Source: a virus (lineage: Duplodnaviria > Caudoviricetes). From it: a DNA stretch of 26,316 nucleotides. Under the pieces are notes generated by a model. That model searched no databases. It was not told the origin of the DNA and saw nothing but the letters and a program-made list of their open reading frames with translations. The stretch covers positions 1 through 26,316 of the IMG/VR virus record IMGVR_UViG_3300009161_000197. The stretch is one strand, 5' to 3'. Shown one piece after another: positions 1-7,596 of this stretch. Position 1 is the stretch's first letter. Each line of letters opens with the position of its first letter. The translations under genes were made by a program, and so were the position numbers.

Positions 1-5
1 AATAA

Positions 6-110
6 ATGAATATATTTGAAACTAAAATTTTAAAATTGCATTTCAATTATTATTGTGTTAGGCAAAAAAATATTATATTTGCTATGACTTTCACTTATTA
101 CTTAAACTAA
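6..110 (+). CDS. Small hypothetical protein (34 aa, MNIFETKILK...TYYLN), not in ORF track
   Basis: Read by hand: ATG at 6, TAA at 108-110 overlapping the next ATG (TAATG coupling). Very short and overlaps a promoter-like element. Confidence 0.35.
   Translation: MNIFETKILKLHFNYYCVRQKNIIFAMTFTYYLN
53..81 (+). promoter_or_regulatory. Candidate Bacteroidota sigma70 promoter (TTG...TATATTTG)
   Basis: TATATTTG at 74-81 matches the TAnnTTTG -7 consensus; TTG at 53-55 with an 18-nt spacer. Confidence 0.45.
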
Positions 111-349
111 TGTACACTATAATTATATCACTATTCATTGCTATACTACTACTAAGGGAATGGTCATTATCTAGCAGAGCGAAAACTTTTCTAGGTATAG
201 ACCCCTTCAAATTTGTTAAACTATTAGATTGTTATCCATGCTTTACTTTTTGGACTTCAGTAATAGTTTTAATTTGCACACAAGAAAATATAATTTATTC
301 ACTAGCTACATTCGTGATAGCATCAATACTAGACAAACTATGGAACTAA
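110..349 (+). CDS. Small membrane protein with CxxC motif
   Basis: 79 aa, about three hydrophobic segments, LLDCYPCFTFW motif. Confidence 0.7.
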   Translation: MYTIIISLFIAILLLREWSLSSRAKTFLGIDPFKFVKLLDCYPCFTFWTSVIVLICTQENIIYSLATFVIASILDKLWN

Positions 350-696
350 ACATTCAAGGACGTATATCTTTAGATATATTAAGAAACAAAATAACTGCTA
401 ATAATAACAAGTGGGACTTTGACGAGAAAATACATATCCAAACAATATACCAAGCGATCACAAAAAAGACGTTGTCTTTAAATTGCTCAGGTTGCTGGAT
501 TAATGCAGTTAACATAATTAACAACTTTATTAGATTTCACGAAACTGCACCCTTAACAATAGTTTTAGATACTGAAGTAATAAGTGGTAAATTTGAAATA
601 ATGAGTTTTAAAGAAATGAAATCGTTATTAAAGAAAAGAGGTATTAAAATACCACGTAATGCTACAAGGGAAATACTAAATGAATTATTGAAATAA
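340..696 (+). CDS. Hypothetical protein with CxxC motif and C-terminal helix-extension-helix (HeH/SAP/Rho-N-like) module
   Basis: Start revised from 229 to ATG 340 (MELNIQ...) to avoid a long overlap. Has LNCSGCW and ends MSFKEMKSLLKKRGIKIPRNATREILNELLK; stop overlaps next ATG. Confidence 0.65.
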   Translation: MELNIQGRISLDILRNKITANNNKWDFDEKIHIQTIYQAITKKTLSLNCSGCWINAVNIINNFIRFHETAPLTIVLDTEVISGKFEIMSFKEMKSLLKKRGIKIPRNATREILNELLK

Positions 697-1133
697 TGCC
701 TATACCAATACCTACAGCTTCAGAAAATCATGACGAATTTATACAACGTTGTATGAGTGATGAAAAGATGAAAGATGAATATGATACAGAGCAACGTTAT
801 GCAGTTTGTGAAAGTGCCTTTAAAATAAAACTAGCGAAGCAAAAAATATCATTTGATTACGACGGAACGTTAAGCACAAAGAAAGGTTTTGATTTAGCAA
901 AGGAACTAATTAAAGATAATACATTATATATTATTTCAGCACGTTCTAGTAAACTAGAAATATTAATCAGAGCGTCTCAGTTAGGTATACCAGCGAGCAG
1001 AGTATTTGCAACGGGTTCTAATAAAGCAAAGGTCGAAAAGATTAAGGAATTAGGAATAGATAAGCATTATGATAATAATCCAGATGTGATTAAAGAATTA
1101 GGTAACATAGGTAAAATTTTTAACAATGGCTAA
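696..1133 (+). CDS. HAD-superfamily phosphatase-like domain fused to a small N-terminal phage domain
   Basis: HAD motif I ISFDYDGTL, motif II IISAR, motif III K, motif IV HYDN; N-terminal ~45 aa module MPIP...EFIQRCM...QRYAVC. Confidence 0.75.
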   Translation: MPIPIPTASENHDEFIQRCMSDEKMKDEYDTEQRYAVCESAFKIKLAKQKISFDYDGTLSTKKGFDLAKELIKDNTLYIISARSSKLEILIRASQLGIPASRVFATGSNKAKVEKIKELGIDKHYDNNPDVIKELGNIGKIFNNG

Positions 1134-1530
1134 TAAGCATAGAGAAATTGACGTTGAAAAGCTTGTAGAGTTAGCTTACTTATATTGTGATGAATGTATT
1201 GAGTCAACAAAAGAGGTAGCAACAGGAAGCGGTAAAATAGTAGAGGTTAAAGAAAGACACTTGCCTACTATTAGTTATTTCCTATTGCATTGGTTAAGAA
1301 GGAATCAATTTGATTTTTATAAAAGGGCTAATTTTTATGTTATATTAAATAGTGATAACCATCCATTATTAGACACTATAAAAAGTATAGACGAACATTT
1401 TAAATCATTAGCAACTGATATAGTAGCCAATGAAGGTAAAGGTATATTCTACGCTAAGAACCGTTTAGGGATGCATGACAAACAACATATTGAAACTAAA
1501 ACCGTAGAAGGATTCGACTTTGATAATTAA
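1126..1530 (+). CDS. terS: Terminase small subunit (probable)
   Basis: 134 aa immediately upstream of and overlapping terL; C-terminal GIFYAKNRLGMHDK resembles the IF.LKN..G..D motif of P22 gp3-like small subunits. Confidence 0.75.
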   Translation: MANKHREIDVEKLVELAYLYCDECIESTKEVATGSGKIVEVKERHLPTISYFLLHWLRRNQFDFYKRANFYVILNSDNHPLLDTIKSIDEHFKSLATDIVANEGKGIFYAKNRLGMHDKQHIETKTVEGFDFDN

Positions 1531-2722
1531 AGGATATAGACCGCACGATAAGCAAAAGGAAATACATCATAGTATAAACCATGAGCCGTACAAGTATTAT
1601 ATTTTAAATATCGGTAGGCAGTTTGGTAAAACTATGCTAGGCATTAATCAATTGCTTTATTGGTCTATGAATGACAAAGGTTGTAATATTGCATGGGTTA
1701 CTCCCATCTATAAGCAATCCAAAAAGGTGTTTGATGAGATGGAAAAGGTTTGTCAACGTAGTGGATTCTTTCAATTCAATAGATCAGATTTAACTATCAA
1801 AGGTTTTGGTTCTACAATACAATTCTTTTCTGGTGAACGTCCTGACAATATAAGGGGTAATACATTCGACTATCTTATAATGGATGAGATAGCATTTAGC
1901 AGAGAGCAGTTATGGAGTGAAGTATTAAGTGCGACCGTATTAGTTAAAGGTAAAAAGATACTGTTTATTTCAACTCCAAAAGGTAAGAACCATTTTTATA
2001 AACTTTCATTACAGCATAACTACGATAATAGATACAAGTACTTTCATTTTTCTAGTTATGACAATCCAATGATTAGCTTTGAAGATTTAGAAGAGCGTAG
2101 ACGTAATTTGCCAGACCATATATTTAGACAAGAATACTTAGCTGAATTTCTAGATAATTCTTCGGGTCTATTCAAGAATGTAAAAGACTGTGTTAATGAA
2201 TTTCCTATATCAACTCCGTTAATGTTTGGTGGTTTAGATATTGGACGAGCAGATGATTATACTGTACTCACTATTATAAACCGTGATAATCAAATGATAC
2301 ACGTTGAACGATGGAGACAGGACGATTGGACTAATATAATAAATAAGGTTGCTGAAGTAATTAATAGATTCAGAGCAAAGATATACGTAGAGGTTAATAA
2401 CCAAGGTGACGTATTCTATGAGATGCTGCATAAACAATGCCGTACATTTATAGAACCTTATGTTACATCTAGTAAAACAAAACCCGTTATGATTGAAGAC
2501 TTAGCATTACTATTTGAGCAAAAGAATATATCTATACTTAATGAAGAGTGGCTAATAAACGAACTAGAAGCCTTTACTTATATTTATGACACAAAGACTA
2601 GGGGTGTTAAGTATTCAGCTCCTCAAGGTGTGCATGATGATGGGGTTATATCTTTGGCTTTAGCAATACAATCTAGAAAAGACTTAATCAAAAAAGGTCA
2701 TTATATTGGTACTCATGCGTAA
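1520..2722 (+). CDS. terL: Terminase large subunit
   Basis: Q motif (PHDKQ), Walker A GRQFGKT, Walker B YLIMDE, coupling motif ISTPKG, RNase H-like nuclease GLDIG...DD and HDDGVISLALA; TTG start. Confidence 0.95.
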   Translation: MIIKGYRPHDKQKEIHHSINHEPYKYYILNIGRQFGKTMLGINQLLYWSMNDKGCNIAWVTPIYKQSKKVFDEMEKVCQRSGFFQFNRSDLTIKGFGSTIQFFSGERPDNIRGNTFDYLIMDEIAFSREQLWSEVLSATVLVKGKKILFISTPKGKNHFYKLSLQHNYDNRYKYFHFSSYDNPMISFEDLEERRRNLPDHIFRQEYLAEFLDNSSGLFKNVKDCVNEFPISTPLMFGGLDIGRADDYTVLTIINRDNQMIHVERWRQDDWTNIINKVAEVINRFRAKIYVEVNNQGDVFYEMLHKQCRTFIEPYVTSSKTKPVMIEDLALLFEQKNISILNEEWLINELEAFTYIYDTKTRGVKYSAPQGVHDDGVISLALAIQSRKDLIKKGHYIGTHA

Positions 2723-2763
2723 TAATTAATATTAAAGTATAATATATTGGTTAAATAAAATGT

Positions 2764-2771
2764 TATATTTG
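2764..2771 (+). promoter_or_regulatory. Bacteroidota -7 promoter element (TATATTTG) 5 nt before ATG 2777
   Basis: Exact TAnnTTTG in the terL-downstream intergenic gap; no -33 TTTG at canonical spacing. Confidence 0.55.
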
Positions 2772-2776
2772 CAAGC

Positions 2777-2986
2777 ATGAGTACCAATATCTTTAAAAAT
2801 ATGGCGTTAAGAGAGATACCAGATGCTGAGTTTATTAATAATATTCTTATTAGTCCTTTGCCTAAGATAAAGATAAATGGTATATTCAGGGAAGGCAACG
2901 ATATAATACTATTAGCTATTTCAAAGTTTAGTTATTCATCTGTAATCGAAGCTATGAAAAACCCTAAGATAATAATAATGTTATGA
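2777..2986 (+). CDS. Hypothetical protein (69 aa)
   Basis: ORF directly after a -7 element; no recognisable motif. Confidence 0.55.
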   Translation: MSTNIFKNMALREIPDAEFINNILISPLPKIKINGIFREGNDIILLAISKFSYSSVIEAMKNPKIIIML

Positions 2987-3057
2987 GAAAATCATTTATA
3001 ATGGTAATAATAATTTCATCAATACTATGGTATATAATTATAAAGTCCTTAATTTAA
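2983..3057 (+). CDS. Possible 24-aa single-pass membrane microprotein (MRKSFIMVIIISSILWYIIIKSLI)
   Basis: ATGA overlap with upstream stop; basic N-terminus then hydrophobic run; overlaps the start of the GT gene in another frame. Confidence 0.3.
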   Translation: MRKSFIMVIIISSILWYIIIKSLI

Positions 3058-3929
3058 GTAGTAATGACTACGCTAATATGGCGCACAATAACGCAAACGC
3101 TTTAAGGTCGATAGGTGTTATATGTGAGGACTTAACATTAAACAGCCATGTGTTTGGATATACAGAAGAAAGCAAGGTAGTAGATAGAAAGTATATTATA
3201 AACCACGTTAACAACTACGATGTAATACAGATATTCCATAGTTGTCCAGTGATCCTTTCACTTATTGAAATAGCTAAATTCAAAGGTCGATTAATTGTTT
3301 ACCATTCAGGGAGTAGATATAGAGATGAGCCTTTTTTTTATAACAACATATTCAATCCAATTGTTCACCGTTGCATTACAGACCAAACAGAGTTCATGGA
3401 GTTGGGAGCGAAAGACATTGAATACTTAGCACCTCACACAGATTTAAAACCCGTAGACAAACGTAAAGACGGTAAACTTATTATCGGTCACTATCCTAGT
3501 AATGCAATTGTAAAAGGCACGAAAGAGATTAGAGAAATGCTAGAGCCGTTTAAAGATGACTTTGAAATAAGAATAGATGAAACGATATTAACGCATGAAG
3601 AAAATCTAAAACGTATTGCTGAATGTCATATATATATTGAACTATTTAAACCAGAGTTAAATGGTAAACCTTATGGATGTTTCGGAGTGACTGCATTTGA
3701 AGCTACGGCTTTGGGTTGTGTTGTGGTTACGAATGATTTGAATAGTAGTGTATATTTAAAAGCCTACGGTAAACACCCATTCTTAATATCAAATCACATG
3801 GATGGTTTTAAGTTTCACATCGAAAATCAATTAACGCAATTACAAACAGATATAATTGAACAAAGTAACTTTTACAATCAACACTCAATTGAAGCTACAG
3901 GAAAACGAATACTAGATTTAATAAAATGA
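3027..3929 (+). CDS. Glycosyltransferase, GT-B fold (GT4/group 1-like)
   Basis: YDVIQIFHS, IGHYPSN...KGT, and C-terminal GCFGVTAFEATALGCVVVTN resembling the GT4 donor-binding motif. Confidence 0.8.
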   Translation: MVYNYKVLNLSSNDYANMAHNNANALRSIGVICEDLTLNSHVFGYTEESKVVDRKYIINHVNNYDVIQIFHSCPVILSLIEIAKFKGRLIVYHSGSRYRDEPFFYNNIFNPIVHRCITDQTEFMELGAKDIEYLAPHTDLKPVDKRKDGKLIIGHYPSNAIVKGTKEIREMLEPFKDDFEIRIDETILTHEENLKRIAECHIYIELFKPELNGKPYGCFGVTAFEATALGCVVVTNDLNSSVYLKAYGKHPFLISNHMDGFKFHIENQLTQLQTDIIEQSNFYNQHSIEATGKRILDLIK

Positions 3930-5152
3930 ATCCACTAGTAACAATAATAATTCCTTATTCAATTGATAGGGGTTATCTTAGGCAAGCAATTGAAAGCGTT
4001 AAAAAACAAACATATTCCAATATTGAATTATTGATACAGAATGATAATGTTAACGTTTCAACTAATATAAACAACGGTATTAAACGCGCGAAAGGTTTAT
4101 ATATTAAATACCTATGTGAAGACGATTATCTAACCCCTAACTCAATTACAGATAGTGTTGAAGCTATGCAAGGGTTCGACTTTATTCATGGGGTTGCTAA
4201 TAATGTACACACAAATATCGTGCAAGTGCAAGTGCCAAGGTTTAAGCAGCCTACTTTTAATGATATGATATACAACAATGTTATTCATGGTGGTACACTA
4301 ATGTTCAGAAAGGACATTTTAGATGCTGTAAACGGCTTTGATGAGTCATTAACTTGTGCTGAAGAGTACGATTTAAACCTTAGATTGTTAGATGCTGGTT
4401 ATAAGTTAGGTTATACTGATAAGATTCTATATAATTACCGTAGACATGACGATCAAAAGAGCTTAGGTAAAGGGATAAACCAAGGTGAACGAGCGCAAAA
4501 GATACAAGCAATTAAAGATAAGTTCACCAGGACACCCATAATTGTAGGTATAGCAACCTTTAAAGGGCGTGAATTGTTACTACAAAGGACTATAGACTCT
4601 TTAATAGGTCAAGTTGATAAGATAATAGTTTACAATAATGAACTAAATACAGACTTAACCGATAATGGAAAGTTTTACGGGTTAAATTATGTGACTAAAC
4701 CGTCTTACTATTTCAGTTGTGATGATGATATTATTTACCCTAGCGACTATATACAGAAAACAATACAAGCAATAGACAAACATAATTGTATAGTAACTTA
4801 CCACGGCCGTAGATTAAAAGGTATAGGAGTGGAATACTATAGAGGTCATGATTCTTATAGCGCATTTAAGACCGTTAATAATGGAATGTATTTAGATGTA
4901 TGTGGAACTGGTGTAACTGCATTTAAAACCGATTATTTTAACCCAACAAGCTTACTAGATTCCGAACATAAAAAAATGAGTGATGTTATATTCTCACTCA
5001 AAGCAATGAAGGATAAAAAGAAAATGTTTATGATGCCACATTCTCAAGGGTGGATTGTAGAACAAAGGACAATAGTAAATATACACAGCGAACAAATTAA
5101 AAACTCACAAATACAAACAACACTATGCGACGAAATACTGAATTTGAAATAA
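3926..5152 (+). CDS. Two-domain glycosyltransferase (GT2 family domain plus second GT-A domain)
   Basis: Domain 1: PLVTIIIP, YLRQAIESVKKQTY, CEDD, GFDESLTCAEEYDLNLR, YRRH. Domain 2 from ~aa 203: IVGIATFKGRE, DNGKF, FSCDDDIIYP, GTGV, MSDV. Confidence 0.9.
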   Translation: MNPLVTIIIPYSIDRGYLRQAIESVKKQTYSNIELLIQNDNVNVSTNINNGIKRAKGLYIKYLCEDDYLTPNSITDSVEAMQGFDFIHGVANNVHTNIVQVQVPRFKQPTFNDMIYNNVIHGGTLMFRKDILDAVNGFDESLTCAEEYDLNLRLLDAGYKLGYTDKILYNYRRHDDQKSLGKGINQGERAQKIQAIKDKFTRTPIIVGIATFKGRELLLQRTIDSLIGQVDKIIVYNNELNTDLTDNGKFYGLNYVTKPSYYFSCDDDIIYPSDYIQKTIQAIDKHNCIVTYHGRRLKGIGVEYYRGHDSYSAFKTVNNGMYLDVCGTGVTAFKTDYFNPTSLLDSEHKKMSDVIFSLKAMKDKKKMFMMPHSQGWIVEQRTIVNIHSEQIKNSQIQTTLCDEILNLK

Positions 5153-5742
5153 AACTACCTAAGACACTAAACGATTTAAGGATAAGACATTTAAAAGCGT
5201 TTAGTGACGAACACTTTAAGGTTGAAAATATTACACTGAATGATAAGGTTATATTCTTAGCTAATATTACTTTGGTGTCAGTTCCTAAGTTATTGACTAT
5301 TGATTATAAAGATATAGAGAAAATGTTTAGTCATTGCATGAATTTATTTGATGGTTACAAAGTGAACGGTAACCCCAAAGAATTGATAACGGTAAATGAT
5401 ATAGACTATCAATTAGTAGATCAAAAGAAAGTTGGTATAGGATACCACATTGACGTAGAAAATTCAGACTTTGTAAATGACCCTGTAAGATTAGCTTGTG
5501 TTAATTACATACCTAAGGGAACTATCTACGGTTGCATGGACGAAAACGAAAACATGCTTTACCCTATAAGCTCCAGATATGAAGACTTTAAAGAACATTT
5601 TAAGATGACAGACTTTGTAGAGCTTCAAGGTTTTTTTTTGCTCAGAGACGTAAGATTAATGAGCAACTATATGGAAAGCCTAAAGTTAAAAAAGATGATA
5701 AAAAAGAAGTTAAAAATGTTTGGGCTTGGCACGAAATCATAA
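5125..5742 (+). CDS. Probable tail assembly chaperone (G-like); -1 frameshift product extends to 5882
   Basis: GGT TTT TTT TTG slippery site at 5629-5640; the -1 frame is open to TGA 5880-5882. Function inferred from analogy to lambda G/GT. Confidence 0.65.
   Translation: MRRNTEFEIKLPKTLNDLRIRHLKAFSDEHFKVENITLNDKVIFLANITLVSVPKLLTIDYKDIEKMFSHCMNLFDGYKVNGNPKELITVNDIDYQLVDQKKVGIGYHIDVENSDFVNDPVRLACVNYIPKGTIYGCMDENENMLYPISSRYEDFKEHFKMTDFVELQGFFLLRDVRLMSNYMESLKLKKMIKKKLKMFGLGTKS
5631..5640 (+). other. Slippery sequence (T9G), programmed -1 frameshift site
   Basis: T TTT TTT heptamer correctly phased; 80 further sense codons in the -1 frame fill the otherwise empty 5743-5878 gap. Confidence 0.8.
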
Positions 5743-5878
5743 TTTATCTATCAAAAGAATTAGGTGAAAATAGAAAAGATATAATAAAAATGAATATCTT
5801 TACATTTAATAACTGGGTAAACTTCTTTACGTATAAGATAAAAAAAGACAACCCTCCGACAAAGACAATAGTTAGAAG

Positions 5879-6448
5879 ATGACAGAAGCTGAGATATTAG
5901 GTAAGTTGAATTTAGGTAGTTCTAAAGCTGTACTTAATAATACGGCTGGTAATCCTATGTCTGCATTACTTTTAAAACTTACTCAGGACGTTATAGATGA
6001 TTTGCGTAAAGCAATAGCTGCGCGAGATATAGACGCTAGTAGAAACCTATCACAAGGTATAAAGCCAACAAAGGTAATATACAACGGTAAAGCGGTTAGT
6101 GTTGGTATTGAAATGGATTTCTATTGGAAGTATGTAAACTATGGAGTAAACGGTACTGAAGTTTCACATGGTGCGCCTAATTGGGGTAAAGCTCCTGATA
6201 GTGGTTATTCATTCCATGATTCTATTAAAAGTTGGATAGCTCAAAAGGGTATAGGTTTACCAGAACAATTTAAAACTTATGATTCATTTGCTTGGGCTGT
6301 TCAAAATAGTATTGTTAAGAAAGGACAAAAACCAAAGCCATTCTTTGAGGACGTTGTTAATGACCAACTTATTAACGTACTTAAAAAACCTATTCAAAAA
6401 TTACTAGGTAAATCTATAAAAATAAATATTATTTCACCATGGCGGTAA
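5879..6448 (+). CDS. Neck/tail-completion protein (HK97 gp10-like virion morphogenesis protein)
   Basis: SRNLSQGI, YWKYVNYGVNG, WIAQKGI, KGQKPKPFFE pattern typical of gp10-like proteins. Confidence 0.6.
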   Translation: MTEAEILGKLNLGSSKAVLNNTAGNPMSALLLKLTQDVIDDLRKAIAARDIDASRNLSQGIKPTKVIYNGKAVSVGIEMDFYWKYVNYGVNGTEVSHGAPNWGKAPDSGYSFHDSIKSWIAQKGIGLPEQFKTYDSFAWAVQNSIVKKGQKPKPFFEDVVNDQLINVLKKPIQKLLGKSIKINIISPWR

Positions 6449-7596
6449 CAATAGCAAGCTCACCACAAAAATACACACCTTCAGATAATCCTATTATTTG
6501 GACTTTCTACAGCGGTGCAATTGGTAACCCTAACTTTAGTTATATTATTGAAGTTTATGTTAATGCCGTGTTGATTTCATCTCATCAAGTATTCCCTGAG
6601 ATCGGCGGTGGGTATTCTCATTTTGATATTAGCGAAATAATTAGACCTATCACACCCGTAGCCATTGTAGGTAGTTCCACTATTGTAACCGATGCAAGCA
6701 ATTATAGAAGTGCATACGTTAAGATTAGAGAGTTTTACGGAACTACTCCAGGGTTTCATGCTGATGCTACAAGTGCCACAATATATACTTTTAAAGCGTG
6801 TTTAAATCCTATTGATTTTGATACGTTTGACTATACAGATTTTAAATGTACATTAAATAGTAAAAGATTTTTAACAGACTCACCAAATGATTTGTACATT
6901 CGAGAGGGTAAAGATTATTACTTAAACATAATAACAGACGAGCAAACAGATATAGGTATTATTTTAACTTTTTACGATTCAAGTAATACACAAATAACGG
7001 GTTTAGATTATAACGCTGCCACAAGTTTTAAGATAACACAGTTCAATCTTAATTCTGATAACTATTTAGCTACTTTAACACAGCCCGTTTTAGATACTGT
7101 TTCTTATGTTGATTATTACATGGCTGATTTAGGGGGTAGTCCAATTAGTGAAACTAAAAGAATGTATTTTGATAGGGGTTGCGACAATGGAGCTGAGCTG
7201 ATATGGTTAAATAAATATGGCTCATTTGATGTTTACAACTACGGACAAAATTTAATAGCTTCATCTGAAATAACTGCTAAAACTTTTGAAAAGCAATATG
7301 GCGGTTGGGTAGATGTTAATTATGTTTTAGATTCGTCTAATGCTGGTGTACATTCTTATTTTAAAACAGCTACAGACAAGGTTAAATTAATTAGTAAATA
7401 CATTGATTCAGATACACAGAATTGGTTAGTAAGGTCGGCTTATATTTCGTCGCTTGTTTTCATGTTTGATGCTACTAGACAGATGGTTAACATTGCGTCC
7501 ACTTCTTATGAAGAAAGCAATAACCGATTTGTAGAAGAAACAACAGAGATAGTCGACCTTACACTTCCTAACATTCGTAAATCAATACTATTATAA
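6439..7596 (+). CDS. Tail tip/distal tail structural protein (probable)
   Basis: 385 aa beta-rich; WLNKYGSFD motif I associate with Bacteroidota phage tail proteins; sits directly before the large tail-tip gene. Confidence 0.6.
   Translation: MAVTIASSPQKYTPSDNPIIWTFYSGAIGNPNFSYIIEVYVNAVLISSHQVFPEIGGGYSHFDISEIIRPITPVAIVGSSTIVTDASNYRSAYVKIREFYGTTPGFHADATSATIYTFKACLNPIDFDTFDYTDFKCTLNSKRFLTDSPNDLYIREGKDYYLNIITDEQTDIGIILTFYDSSNTQITGLDYNAATSFKITQFNLNSDNYLATLTQPVLDTVSYVDYYMADLGGSPISETKRMYFDRGCDNGAELIWLNKYGSFDVYNYGQNLIASSEITAKTFEKQYGGWVDVNYVLDSSNAGVHSYFKTATDKVKLISKYIDSDTQNWLVRSAYISSLVFMFDATRQMVNIASTSYEESNNRFVEETTEIVDLTLPNIRKSILL

Noticed and set aside
11-18. TATATTTG -7-like element at the window edge
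   Set aside because: Upstream context is outside the window, so it cannot be assessed.
229-339. N-terminal 37 codons of the 229..696 ORF
   Set aside because: Overlaps the 110..349 gene extensively; ATG 340 gives a normal short overlap.
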